DNA from: Eledone cirrhosa
Taxonomy: Eukaryota
Reading direction: 5' to 3'
Assembly: GCA_964016885.1 (NCBI GenBank)
Contig: OZ024745.1
Span: forward strand, 68,448,001 to 68,512,000
Length of the DNA stretch: 64,000 nt
Below the pieces are notes generated by a model. It saw only the letters and a program-made list of their open reading frames with translations, searched no databases and was not told the origin of the DNA. Made by a program: the position numbers and the translations under genes. Positions 26,417-42,012 of this stretch are shown here, piece by piece. Position 1 is the stretch's first letter, and every line of letters begins with the position of its first letter.

Positions 26417-26585
26417 CGTAAATATTTATGTATAGGATTGTACATATATATATATGAATATAAATTCAGCGAGAATCGCATTTCGACGGGTAGAAAAAGG
26501 CGAAACGTAACGCAAATTCAGAATCATGCTGGCAAGCGCTCCATTGGCTAAAAAAAACAGAGCTATAAACATAGGTTATAAACGC

Positions 26586-27662
<1,077 letters not shown>

Positions 27663-27721
27663 CAAATCGTACACCTTATTAAGTAAGTCCAACGCTGCTT
27701 CTTATAATGACTTCAAATTTA

Positions 27722-28770
27722 GGGCGGTGGATTGGCACCATCGGTAGAGGGTGGGCCGCCATGCTTTGCCACAAAGAGTTACGGCCCTTTATGATCTGAG
27801 TTCAAATCCCGCCGAGGTTAACTTTGTCTTTCATCCTTACGGGGTCGATAAAATAAAGTACCAGTCACGCACTGGGGTCAATTTCATCGACTTTTCCCTC
27901 CCCCCAAAATTGCTGGCCTAGTGCCGATATAAGAAACCATAATTACTTCAAATTTAGGCATAAGGCCAACAAAGTTTAGTGGGAGTGGGGAGTCGATTAT
28001 ATTGACCCAGTATTTGACTGGTATTATATGTTATCGACTCTGAGTTCAAATCCTGCCGAAGTTAACTTTGCCTTTCATCCTTACGGGGTCGATAAAATAA
28101 AGTACCAGTAATGTACTGGGTAATTGCTTCTCTTGTACCAAAAGTAGAAACAATTATAGTTTATCGACTCCGGAAGGATGAAAGGCCAAGTTGACATTGG
28201 AGTGATATACCTCAGAATTTAAAGAGCAAGGAACAAATGCCACAAAGAATTTCATCTAACTCTCTAACGATTCTGTCAATCCTCCGCCCTAAATAATTGT
28301 TTCTACTTTTGGCACGAGGCCAGCAATTACACAGTGTGTTACTGGTACTTTATTTTATCGACCCCGTAAGGATGAAAGGCAAAGTTAACCTCGGCGGGAT
28401 TTGAACACAGAATGGCAAGGGCCGTAACTCTATGCGTCAAAGCATGGCGTCCGACCCTTTACCGATACTGCCAATTTCTGCTTTAGGTACAAGGCCAAAT
28501 ATTTTTGGGGAAAGGGAAAGTCAATTAAATCGCCCCCAGTGCATTACCAGTACTTTATTCGACCCCGTAAGGATGAAAGGCAAAGATAACTTCGGCGGGG
28601 TTAGATCTCTAACAATTGTTTCTACTTTTGGCACAAGGCCAGCAATTACGCGTACATTAGTGGTACTTTATTTTATCGACCCCGTAAGGTTGAAAGGTAA
28701 AGTTAACCTCAGCGGGATTTGAACTCAGTTCGTAAAGGGACGTAACTATGCTGGAAAGTATGTCTGACCC
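27722..28770. mobile_element. Cluster of ~7 nested or adjacent tRNA-derived SINEs in both orientations
   Basis: Repeated gcctttcatccttacggggtcgataaaataaagtaccag core and tRNA-like heads (plus 27722-27942 and 28040-28157; minus 28294-28475, 28614-28770 and others). Confidence 0.85.
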
Positions 28771-30477
28771 TAATAATATACTGACTCAGAAATGAAACTA
28801 AGACTAACGGTTATTACTTTACAACTGTTACTGTTAAATATACATTATCGCAAAGGGATGGATGTATCAGATGCTAGCCCATCCTAAGTAATTACAATGA
28901 TGATAATGATTAAATTATTTAGAAAACAATCAACGCCATTTAAGACTGACTTTCATGACGTTTATTTAGTTCCATTAACAATTCTGTCAGGAATCAATTA
29001 TCATAAATCTAAAGTCATTCTGTGGAATTTTAATTTTTCTGCACACAAAGTTATTCCGCTCAATGTACTAATGACAAGAATTTGATTCCCAGCATTGTAT
29101 TATATACTTGAGTAAAACACTTTATTTCAAATAGTTCTAGTCCAATCAGCTGGGGAGAAAATTAGTTGTAACTGTAATTCAAAAGTCTAGCCTCGTCACA
29201 CACTGTGTAACACTGAATTTCCTTGAGAACTCTCTCAAGAGTAGAGGAATTTGTGGGGTGCTCGGCCACTTGCACGCCAATTTCATGAGTAGGCTGTTCC
29301 GTTGATTATACAACTGGAACACTCCACGACGGGACCGACGGAGGTCCAGCACACACGCACACACACAAATGATTATTCGATGTTTAGTCATATAAGCGTG
29401 CTTACAATGAAATGGAATCCACTTAAAGGTATTCGTCACTTCACGTCTGTTATCTTCTAGCATCTGATTAATTCAAACGAACTACTCAACAAATGAGCAA
29501 CTATCTGGCTCCAGGTTTAACCATGTAACTTGATAGTATAGTTTAACCTCAACCACACACACACACTCTCTCTTTCTCTTCCTCATCTAAACAACAAGTC
29601 TCTCTATTTAAAGAGAAATATAACAAAGAACAAGAGCCTCTTCAAGGAACGTCTCGACCTCCTTGCACTTTCCTTAATACTTGGCTTAGCTTCGTTATTC
29701 TGGAGTGTTCACGATAAGAGTTAACAATGGTTTTCTCATGCACTATTAATAAATTGAATTTCATGTTTCTTCATTTTGTTGTTGCTTCTTCCATGTTTTA
29801 ATTGCTAATATGAAGACAATGGACGAAAGAGAAAGCATAAATTAAATGATAGCTATTTATTGTAACATGGCTCCAAGTGTTGATTTGATATATCAAAAGA
29901 AAAGAAAATTGAATTTTCTCTCTAGTGGTTTCGGTTTGATTATTAAAGCAATTGAGAAATCTTTCATACTGGTTCTTTCTGTAAGCTCTACAACCTTTCA
30001 GGAGCTCATATCACTGAATTAATCTTAATATAGATCAGTTTAATTTTATATTATCATAGTAGTGGTGTCCTTTAGTCCCAGACCAACTCTGATTGAATAG
30101 AAGTATTCCAGCAATGATCATTCTCTCTATTTATATATTTACTATGCTACATTATACTGTATCTTTTCGTCAACATGCTGCAATTTAAGAGAGAATTTAA
30201 CTGTCGTTTTCAACTAGTTATATAGCCATTCATGTGCTTTCTATCTGGCACGTATGTTATTTTGTTGATGCTTTTGCTGTTGATGTCTAGGTTAACGATT
30301 ATTATAGCAGAACTATGGCTGGTTATACTGATCCTAATCAACCTGAATTTCGGGTGAAATATAGGATCGAAGTTTGTCCTTCCTCTAAAATACTGGGTGC
30401 TTATTGAAGCCGATTCCGCCGTTATTTTTAGAATGTCGTGTGACAGCATAAGTCTCTGGTTGGCTTATATCCCTGTG

Positions 30478-30583
<106 letters not shown>

Positions 30584-30638
30584 TATTCTCATGAGTAATG
30601 GTCTAATTAGTTTCAAACTGATTCTATCCTGATTCATA

Positions 30639-30773
<135 letters not shown>

Positions 30774-30903
30774 CGTTTCTGAATTTGTTTAGCATCTTTA
30801 TCTGAAAACGTGTGTTGAAACCGATATTGTTATACACACACAGAAATAAGATGGCGTAGGACAGAACAAAGGAGAGGCACAAAAACAAAGAAAAGAATCC
30901 CCA

Positions 30904-30946
30904 GTCACTGAAGAGGTCACAGAATGTGTGACGAAAGAACTTTGAC
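30904..30946 (+). ncRNA. Minimal type I hammerhead
   Basis: gtca-CTGAAGA-g gtcaca gaatg tgtgac-GAAA-gaac-TT-tgac, within a ~330-bp element (30770-31098) between (TA)n tracts. Confidence 0.75.
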
Positions 30947-31092
30947 AATATATAAAAAACCATCTGGTTGTGGAACCAACCAACCAACCGGAAATTAATA
31001 AATTCCTAAATTTATAAATTTATTATAATAAATTGAAGTGAAAGCAACTAGTGCGTGTGTTTCTTATTGGCAACATGACCCTCCCAAAGTAT

Positions 31093-31250
<158 letters not shown>

Positions 31251-31251
31251 C

Positions 31252-31300
<49 letters not shown>

Positions 31301-31430
31301 CATGAAAGTTAGAGTTAATAACACATACTGAAACCCTGTAATTAACCCTGCTTCATGGTTAAATATTTCAAACAAATGTGGTTCTTCAACCCTCGTAATA
31401 TTAGACACACGATTTACTGTGTTTCTTACT

Positions 31431-31509
<79 letters not shown>

Positions 31510-31542
31510 TATATACACACACACATATATATATATATAATA

Positions 31543-31968
31543 TATTAACAAATGGAAACTATATTTATAAAACCATATTTATTTCATTATACATATTTCA
31601 AGGACACCAAAGCAAATTATGGGGCGCTTTCATCAGATAAAATATAATATGGATCAGTTTTATAAACAAATATTGACATACCCTTAAAGAATGCGACCAT
31701 GTCGGTTGAAAGCTCCCGGATATGGTTGCATTCTTTAAGGGTATGTCAATATTTGTTTATAAAACTGATCTATATTATATTTTATCTGATGAAAGCGCAC
31801 CATAATTTGCTTTGGTGTACTTGAAATATGTATAATGAAATAAATATGATTTTATAAATATAGTTTCCATTTGTATATATTTGTATATTGTATTTTTACT
31901 CCAATAATTTGTTGAGTGCTTTATATTAGTTATAAAAAATATTTGCTTGTTGTAAATATAACTTCTAC
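31543..31968 (+). mobile_element. Palindromic PLE-type terminal repeat (family F) with two divergent hammerheads and a 3' tail
   Basis: 31547-31700 is inverted at 31723-31874. Related pieces at 35700-35930, 46290-46432 and 46952-47005. Confidence 0.85.
31781..31839 (+). ncRNA. Type I hammerhead (mirror at 31583-31641 minus; another at ~46332-46392)
   Basis: tttat-CTGATGA-aag cgcacca...tggtgta ctt-GAAA-tatgta-TA-atgaa. Confidence 0.85.
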
Positions 31969-32052
31969 ATATATATATATATAGATATATAGATATATAG
32001 ATATATTTTTTTTATACACATATATATATACATACATATATATATATATATA

Positions 32053-32185
<133 letters not shown>

Positions 32186-32859
32186 TTGTTAAAACACGTA
32201 TTACCATGCAAGTAATGCATTTATTTTTATATACTTGTGTGTGTTTGTGTGTACTTTCATAGGATTTTTCTATTAAATATTTAACTATATTAATGAATCG
32301 CTGAAGCGGTAGAGCATCAAACAGAATACTTCGTAGTATTTACGTGCATCTTTATATATTCTGAGTTCAGATTCTGCAGAGGTCAACATGGATCTTTTAA
32401 ATTTCGATGAATCAAGTGCCAACGACAGCTGGGAATTAAATATAATAGATTATATAGTTCCCCTCTCGCCCATCACATTAAACCTACCGATGAATCCGTA
32501 CAAAGATGTTAAGAAATGAATTGATGAAGTTTCGGTTAATGAAAGCGGGCTTTTGAAATATGTAAGACTGTTAACGATGTAAGAAACCGTACTTAAGATA
32601 TTTAATATTTATGATTTGATGTCAGCTTTCAGCTTTCATATATTTAGCACAGGAATAACCGAGTATCACCCTGTGTCTATTGGAGATAGGTCTGTATTTA
32701 TTTCCTGTGGGGAAGTGCTTGTCTAGGAGTGCTAATAATTTAATGATTGCCTACCTACATTGGTTCTAACACTGAGCGAGAAGGGTGGGCAGAACCCAAA
32801 ACAAGTGGAACTCGGTTATTTCTGTGCTAAAATTTACCACATCACCACCAACCCCAAGT

Positions 32860-33021
32860 TTATCCCGGGTTCAATCGGGGGTGGGGGGTAATCACAGTAA
32901 GTAAGGTACTCAATACAAAGAAGAGTATAAATACTTAATATAGAAAAGGCTTCTACAGGACTAGAATTGATGATTTCTCCCGTATGAAACAGTTCTAGTC
33001 CTGTAGAAGCCTTTTCTATAT

Positions 33022-33024
<3 letters not shown>
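32860..33024. mobile_element. Short fold-back terminus (family G); second copy at 35948-36102
   Basis: Arms taatatagaaaaggcttctacaggactagaa and their reverse complement. The 36017-36102 copy is a near-perfect palindrome centred on ttcgaa. Confidence 0.75.
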
Positions 33025-33107
<83 letters not shown>

Positions 33108-33163
33108 GTTATATCATATGCCGGTGTACGACCAGTTAGGGCATTGTATCCATTGTATACTTA

Positions 33164-33532
<369 letters not shown>

Positions 33533-34138
33533 TGCAAAAGGCAAACAGATATAACAAAGCAAACGACACAATAAAATGAAGAAATAAATAAAGACTTATC
33601 GTTTCGGTAGCTAGTCCTTCATCACAAAATAGAATGAGAAATTAAAGAAGAAATAAAAAGATTGAGGAAACAAAGCATTGGCAGAAACGGGAAAAAAAAA
33701 AAAAAGATTTCGCAAAAACAGATCTATTCACGTTGCCAACTCTTGGAAATATTCATTCATTAAACTGGCAATTTTTTCTCACAATAAAAGGGTCGTAACT
33801 CACCAGGAAAAAAAATTTTTTCTTCTCCCGTACCTATAGATGTTGTTTTCTTGCTAAAATTTGCAGAATGCCAAGATGGTTTCTCAACTAACGTTATCAA
33901 CCAACCTGCATGGAACCTAAGTAACAAAAGAGAATACTTAAGTACTGTATAAAGATCATATCAAACTCCCAATATCGATTTCTTTCTAGCTGTCGAATGT
34001 TCATACAACCACATGCTGCGTGCGTACACATACACACACTCACGTGTAGGCACACGCACACACACGACCATACGTCCGATTTGTGAGTGTGTGTAAATAT
34101 GCATGTGTTTATATGTATGTATATATATATTATTACTA

Positions 34139-34220
<82 letters not shown>

Positions 34221-34500
34221 AATAAATAAATAAATATATATATATATACGTAGGTGTATGTCTGTTTGTGTGTACATAAGAGGAAGAGAGAGAGAGGGGG
34301 AGAGACAGAGAAAAAGAGAGAGAGAGAGAGAGGAGAGAGAGGAGCGAGAGATGGAGTGAGTGAGTGAGTGAGTGAGAGAGAGAGAGTGAGAGAGAGAGAG
34401 ACAAAGAGAGAGAGAGAGAGTGAGAGAGAAGAGAGAGAGAGAGGGAGAGAGGGAGGAGAGAGAGGAGCAAGAGATGGAGTGAGTGAGTGAGAGAGGGAGA

Positions 34501-34564
<64 letters not shown>

Positions 34565-35224
34565 TCGTGTATTCGTATAATCGCAGTTGCATGTTTTTCA
34601 ATTTCTGAGTATTATCTGATCTGTTTTCAATATATTTGGTGTGGAAATCATCATGTGTTCTGGTCCAGTGGTTCGAACGCCTGATTCATTTCATCTAAAT
34701 CCCAGGACACATGAACACAGAAACACACACACACAACACAATGATCATAACTTTAGCATTTCCTTACCAAAGTGAAACACTATGCAAAGAAGAAATGACT
34801 GTTGCCATAGTTACAGGTAAAAGTATAAACAATCTTCTTTATTCAACCGATTAATATTGCTGCTTCTATTCATTTTTATTGAATCTAAGGTAAACTCCTC
34901 CTGTAGAACATTCTCGTCTTCTCCAGAGGTTAATAAAACTATGACGAATCAAAAAGATGGAAAATTATGAAACCGAGGCTACAATTGCAATGGTGAATGG
35001 TGCGGGTATAGAAACTTCTGAAGCTATAAGGCTTAGTGAATTGTTGATTAATTTTCACTTCAATAGCATTAGGTACTAATATTATAAGCTCTACCAACCT
35101 TTATGTATTATTGTCTGCCACAGCTTTCCTACTTTAATACTTCTACATAATCTGTAATCGACGCCAACATAATAACGCTGTAACTACCAAACACACACAC
35201 ATATATATATATATATGAAAGTAG

Positions 35225-35285
<61 letters not shown>

Positions 35286-35289
35286 AACC

Positions 35290-35672
35290 AAAGGTTTAAC
35301 AAGGTTCATTGATTAATCAATGAATAAAGTTTTACAATAGATTAGAAGCACTCAACAATGAGGTTTTCTGGAGTTAATATTACTTCAAAATATTAATAAA
35401 TATAGACATTCATATATATATGACTACCATGACTGAATCTTAATCATCTACTATGTCAGGGTATGTCATGCATCATCTTATTTTATCTGATGAGGACGTA
35501 CTGTTGAAGTTAACTCAGTACCTTTGTATAATAAAATATAATTGATCACAAAAATATCTATTTTGTTAATATTTTGAATTAATATTAATAACTCTGGAAA
35601 ACCAAATCTGTTGAGTGTTTCCAATCTATTGTAAAACTCATTCTTTGATGTATTCATTGAACCTTGTTTAAC
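35290..35672. mobile_element. Older fold-back element with a decayed hammerhead (35481-35536, GAAA deleted)
   Basis: Imperfect IR 35290-35410 / 35550-35672. Reads ttttat-CTGATGA...gtactg/cagtac...tgta-TA-ataaaa. Confidence 0.6.
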
Positions 35673-36167
35673 TTTTAAATATATATATATATACAATGCT
35701 ATAAAATAAATGGAAACTATATTTATAAAACCATATTATGGTTTTATAACCATAAATATGGTTTTATAACCATAAATATGGTTTTATAAATATAGTTTCC
35801 ATTTATTTAATATCATTTAATATCATTGAATATTTACTCCAGAAATCTGTCGAGTGCTCTGAATTAGTTATAAGCATTTATATTTGTTGAATTTCCAATT
35901 TCCAACAAATTAAATATCCCTTCTACTTATATATATATATATATAATTTTATCCCGGGTGCAATCGGGCGTAACCACAGTAAGTAAGGTACTCAATACAA
36001 AGCAGAGTATAAATATTTAATATAGAAAAGCTTCTACAGGACTAGAACTGTTTCATTCGAATGAAACAGTTCTAGTCCTGTAGAAGCATTTCTATATTAA
36101 ATATAATACATACACACACACATATATATATATTTGCAAAATATTGCAAAATACATTATATATACAT

Positions 36168-36282
<115 letters not shown>

Positions 36283-36882
36283 GGAACGAGTAGGACCTCG
36301 ACGGCTGAGCTCAAGCCGTTTCGTTGGCTAATTCTGGACTAAATGAACATTTTTATCCTGGTAAATGAATAGCCCAGCTTCTCAGGGGGTAATATTCCAT
36401 ATATGGTAAAAGTGATTGTCACAACGATTGGTCAAAAGTTTGTTGTTGAGACACATAATTCTATCATGGCATTTTGTGGAAGGAGGGGGTAGCTGAACTT
36501 GCCAGTAGAAGAAAGATGGAGAGGGAGTGGAGGAAACCCAGTCGTGCGTTGAAAGTGACGACTACAGCAGAATCCTAAGGATAAGAGGTCAAGAGGGGGA
36601 GGGAGGGAGGAAGTCGAAACAATAAGTAGATTTATATGGAGTAAATCTATATAGAAAAATAAGAATGTTAAAAATATAAAAAAACACAATTTCTGGTTAC
36701 TATTCCCCTACCACAATCATCAAATCTCTCACTAGACTATAGAAAAATTTAATAGGTGGGGCGGGATACTAAATACGAGATTGTAGTGAAAGAATTTTAT
36801 GAGTTAGTAGTACTCGGCCTAATCTATCTTACAATGACAAGTCAACAAGTAGGGGGCCTACAAATCTCCCCCTCCGAACCCT

Positions 36883-38871
36883 ATGCTCTCACCCTTCGAG
36901 AATGACCTTTTCCAACTGGTCAAGAGCATTAAATTCAAACCCAGACACAACAGATTCCTACAAAAACTCCGTAGCAACTTAACAGAGTATGATAACACCA
37001 ATGACATCATGGTGCACTCGGATAAAACTGTTAACCTCTACTTCGTCAACCCCGACAAATACCACACACTGATCAGGAGCAGCCTAAACTCCACCTATAA
37101 AAAGGCTAACCACTCATGCATCGAGGACATAAATCGAGATGGACAACAAATTAACTCCAGCCTCGGGGTCGCCGACCGCACGGAACCCCTAGACCCACAG
37201 ACTCCCTACTTCACACTGAAGGACCACAAATCCGATTTCGACCGTAAACCATCTATCAGGCTTATAAACCCAACGAAGTCCGACATAGGGAGAATCATGA
37301 AAAAAATCCTAGACCGCGTTATACCAAAAGTTAAGCAAAACGCCCAAGAAGTAATCTCATGGTTCAGCAATATGGAGGACAAACGAGACACAAAATTCAT
37401 CCAGTTTGACATAGAGAGTTACTATGCTTCAATTACCTTACCGCTCCTTACGGTCGCCTTGGACTTTGCCGAGACACTTGCGCCCATCACCGACCAGGAA
37501 AGAAATATCATCCTCCACACCAGGAAGACAGTCCTACTTTTTGACAACTCCAAATGGATAAAGAGAGCTCCGACTCCCCCTTCGACGTCAGTATGGGCGC
37601 GACGGATTCGGCCGAGGTCACAGATCTTATAGGATTATTCCTACTAGTTAAACTCACCGATATGTTTCCTGCATTTGGCGGTGGATTGTACCGTGATGAT
37701 GGGCTCCTTACCCTTAAAGGGTAACACCCCAGTAGTACAGACCGGGTCCGTAAACACTTAATCAGCTTCTTACGCGACTGGGGATTTTAAATAACCCTAC
37801 AAACGTCCCTAACCCGAGTAAACTCCCTGGACGTTACCCTTGACCTCGATAATGATCTGTACTACCCATACAGGAAAGCAAACGATAACCTGCACTACAT
37901 CCACCGCCGGTCAAACCATCCTAGAAATATCACCAATAACCTGGTTAAAAAACATCTTCCTCCGCATATCTCGTTTGTCCGCTAATGAGCAGATATTTGA
38001 TGAACATGCGCCTTATTACAACCAGGCCCTCAGGCGGAGTGGCTTCTGGGAGGAAATATCCTACTCTCCAGCTTCCATTAGCGGAACCATCAGGCGACAC
38101 CGCCGCTCACGCAACGTAACATGGTTCAATCCTCCCCACAACGCCGAGGTGACAACACCTATCGGAAAAATCTTCTTTAGGCTCATCGAAAAACACTTCC
38201 CACTACAACACCGCTACCACAACACAATCAACAAAAATACCATCAAACTCTCCTACAGTACCACACCTAACTTTGCACAAAACATCGTCTCCTCTAACAA
38301 CAAAAAACTCAACTCCTATGGAAGAAATAACCTAAATAGCAGTGGAGAGCCGACCAGGAGGTGCAACTGTTCTGATGGATCCATTTGCCCCCTCGACAAC
38401 AGATGCAGAGATCGTAATGTGATCTACCAGTGCAACGTGAGGACGGACACCTCCAAGAAAGCTTATATAGGATTAACCGCTTGTGACTTCAAGACCCGAC
38501 TATACCAACACAGACATACTTTCCGAAACCCGGCCCGGCGTCACGCCACTACACTTTCGGGCCACATCTGGGACCTTAAAGATAACAATACAACCTATAA
38601 TCTCACTTGGAGCTTACTGTCCAGAGCCAACTCTTACACGGGAGGACGCCGTCCGTGTAACTTAGGCTCGGAGGAAACATTACAAATGCTGTTTTCGATG
38701 GACCAACTCCTAAACAAAAAAGACGAACTGGTAACTGCATACAAACACAGATTGCGTAGGACTTACCTCGTACTCAAACCCCATAATGACCCGGGGGGGG
38801 GGGGGGTAGACGGGGGCTGTAACACCCCACTTGCCGACTTTGTAATGGGTAACCCCTGCTTACAAAGGTAG
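36883..38871 (+). pseudogene. PLE reverse transcriptase + GIY-YIG endonuclease, frameshifted
   Basis: TLKDHK..F..KPSIRLINPTKSDIG, FIQFDIESYYASI; a shifted frame gives FDVSMGATDSAEVTDLIG and YRDD (37689-37700) with TAA stops; then TWFNPP, NTIKLSYST, CNC..CPL..C, VIYQC..AYIGLT..FKTRLYQH. Confidence 0.92.
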
Positions 38872-39216
38872 ACGTCAGATTTTCTCATATGTTTTCTTAT
38901 ATATTTTTTATCGTTTCCTCTATATTTCCTCCTTCCTCCATCCCCCCATCCCTTCCTAGTCCTTCTATCCCCAGTTCTCCTTCTTTGTCGTCGTTCTTTT
39001 CACCTTCTCGCCCACCCCGAGTCATCCCTTCGGTCCTCCGTAGCCTCAGTACCCCCACCCCACCCCCCCATTCTATGATAGAATTGGCCGACTCCGCTTT
39101 TTATAGTAGATGTGCTAGACCCCAGATACTTGCTTTATCTGATTGCTGCCCCATTTCCGTGATTTCTAGATTTCTTAGTGGTATCTCTGCTTTAGTTTCT
39201 CGTATATCAATATTTA

Positions 39217-39253
<37 letters not shown>

Positions 39254-39904
39254 GTGTGTGTGTGTGGGGGGGGGGGATTCTGAATTAATTTTTCGTATTA
39301 ATTTTTTCTTATCGTACGAGCATTTATGTAGTTTGCATTAGAATTTATGTATTGTAGCGGCACCCTTATATATCGTATTAGTATTTATTTTCAGGATCTG
39401 AATTAATATTTCGTATTAGTTTCGGGACTCTGAATTATTATTTCGTATTAGGTTTTTTTAGTGTTTTGGCCCCCTACTTGTTGACCTGTCATTGGAAGAT
39501 AAAATTCTTTCACTAAAATCTCGTATTTAGTATCCCGCCCCATCTATTAAACTTTTCTATAGTCTAGTGAGAGATTTGATGATTGTGGTAGGGCAATAGT
39601 AACCAGAAATTGTGTTTTTTTATATTTTTAACATTCTTATTTTTCTATATAGATTTACTCCATATAAATCTACTTATTGTTTCGACTTCCTCCCCCCCCC
39701 TCTTGACCTCTTATCCTTAGGATTCTACTGTAGTCGTCACTTTCAACGCACGACTGGGTTTCCTCCACTCCCTCTCCATCTTTCTTCTACTGGCAAGTTC
39801 AGCTACCCCCTCCTTCCACAAAATGCCATGATAGAATTATGTGTCTCAACAACAAACTTTTGAACAATCCTTGTGACAATCACTTTTACCATATATGGAA
39901 TATT

Positions 39905-39999
39905 ACCCCTGAGAAGCTGGGCTATTCATTTACCAGGATAAAAATGTTCATTTAGTCCAGAATTAGCCGTCGAAACGGCTTGAGCTCAGCCGTCGGGGT
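39905..39999 (+). ncRNA. Hammerhead-like motif with non-canonical core (CUGAGAA)
   Basis: accc-CTGAGAA...ctgggcta/tagtccag...GAAA-cggct tgagctc agccg-TC-ggggt. The same core occurs in the inverted arm (~36296-36390). Confidence 0.5.
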
Positions 40000-40781
40000 C
40001 CTACTCGTTCCTATTACCCACTCTACTACCCTAAGTATTGAGTACTTTGGTGCGTTATGGTCCATCTGGTTCCGTACCACATTTCCTTCGTTATATATAT
40101 ATATATCTGTGTGCGTGCGTGAAAGTGGAAATATGTGCGTCCCAATGGAAGTGACTATAATAATAATAATAATAGATCACTAAAATGATAGTTAAAGAAA
40201 ACAGTTGTTTGCATACATGTGTGTAGGTTGCAGAAAGCTTCCAAAACTAGTGAAAAATGATTTGATCTTCGAAATCTGCGTCCCAAGGAGAAGGTTTTTG
40301 AGCACATGGATTTTCTTAATTCCGCAAAGAAAAAAAAAATGAAAAGAAGTTAATACTTTCAATCACTGTTACTGTGAAATATAGTCAGGCTTTTATCGAT
40401 CGTCTCCTGCATTTCTTCAACATGACTTTATCATTACGTTTATCCATACCGCCAGCGGGGGGAATTATTTTCGGTATGAGACATAGAGTTATCCTTACAG
40501 AGGTCACCCGATGTTTACGTGAAGACGGTCTCGCTAAAGAACGCAACAAGCTACTGATACCACTTCAGCAATCAACTCAACTGAGGTAATTTCCATAGAA
40601 ACCACCTTGGGGACGATTCATGATTGAAGGGCATGGCCCACGGGGAATAGGTAACGAGCAGTGAGGCACGAGGGAGTCATGGTCTGACATGGAATAAAAA
40701 AATTAAAGTAAAGGGATTCTTTAGTAAAAATTGCCCAGCATCAACCAGCTACTTTGTTAGTCTCTCTCGCTCCCTCTCTCT

Positions 40782-40819
<38 letters not shown>

Positions 40820-40874
40820 CCCCTCTCTCTCTCCCTCTCTCCCGTCCCTTCAATCTATCCTATTTCTCATTCTT

Positions 40875-40910
40875 TCTTCTGATGAAGGACTAGCGTCCGA
40901 AATGTTAAGA
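40875..40910 (+). ncRNA. Minimal type I hammerhead
   Basis: tctt-CTGATGA-a ggac tagc gtcc-GAAA-tg-TT-aaga. A decayed relative lies on minus near 33596-33626. Confidence 0.7.
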
Positions 40911-41219
40911 CCCTGTTATTTCAAGCGTTAACCTAATATATTCCTTCTATATACTGTACCGATTGTGTTGTTATTTCTGTTTACCTTTTACACACACACA
41001 TGCACAGACATACACACAACCCCCCCCCCCCCCCACACACACATAAATAATTCTCTATTGAGTGCTCCAGCCGACAGGCTGAGGCAACGATGGGGCACAC
41101 ACACATATATATATATCAGAAACATTTAAAGCATTCAAACATTAACTGGATAAGCAATCAATACGTCTAAGTAAAGTGTAAATTTACATACACAGATATA
41201 GAATATACACATACAATAT

Positions 41220-41324
<105 letters not shown>

Positions 41325-41586
41325 CGTGTGTGTCTTTATACTCACATACACCAACATAAACATGTATCAGGATCCCTTTATAATCCTCTAGATGTTATCT
41401 TTTATTAAGATTTTATCACCTCACCAACATCTAATAGCCTTAGTCTGATCACCATCAATGTCGTCATTCCCAATATCAACATCATCACTATAAAGCAATC
41501 ACCTTTACTATCGTTTTTCTCCCATGAGGACCAAAATTACAACTCGTTTATCGCATAGATCGATCTCAATATATATCTATTTTTGA

Positions 41587-41805
41587 GGGCGTTGGATTGG
41601 CAGTATCGGTAGAGCATCGGAGCACATCCTTTATGGCATAGAGTTACGGCCATTTACGATCTGGGTTCAAATTCTGCCGAGGTTAACTTTTCCTTCCATC
41701 CTTACGTAGTCGATAAAATAAAGTACCAGTAAAGCACTGGAGTCGATTTAATCGACTTACCCCTCCCCCCAAATTGTTGGCATTGTGACTAAATCTGAAA
41801 TCAAT
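41587..41805 (+). mobile_element. tRNA-derived SINE, long subfamily
   Basis: Full head, core and the extra gtcgatttaatcgac...cccc segment. Confidence 0.88.
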
Positions 41806-41896
41806 ATATATCTATTTCTATTAACCAGATTATTTTTTAAATGGAAATAATAACATAGGTCCATTCCTTTCCATATCTGAACACAACCGATATCTT

Positions 41897-41950
<54 letters not shown>

Positions 41951-41974
41951 GAGAGAGAGAGAGAGAGAAAGAGA

Positions 41975-42012
<38 letters not shown>

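Noticed and set aside
36883-38871. Possible selenoprotein recoding, as described for some Naiad elements
   Set aside because: The interruptions I could read are TAA stops and frameshifts, not in-frame TGA at Cys positions, and no SECIS was recognised.
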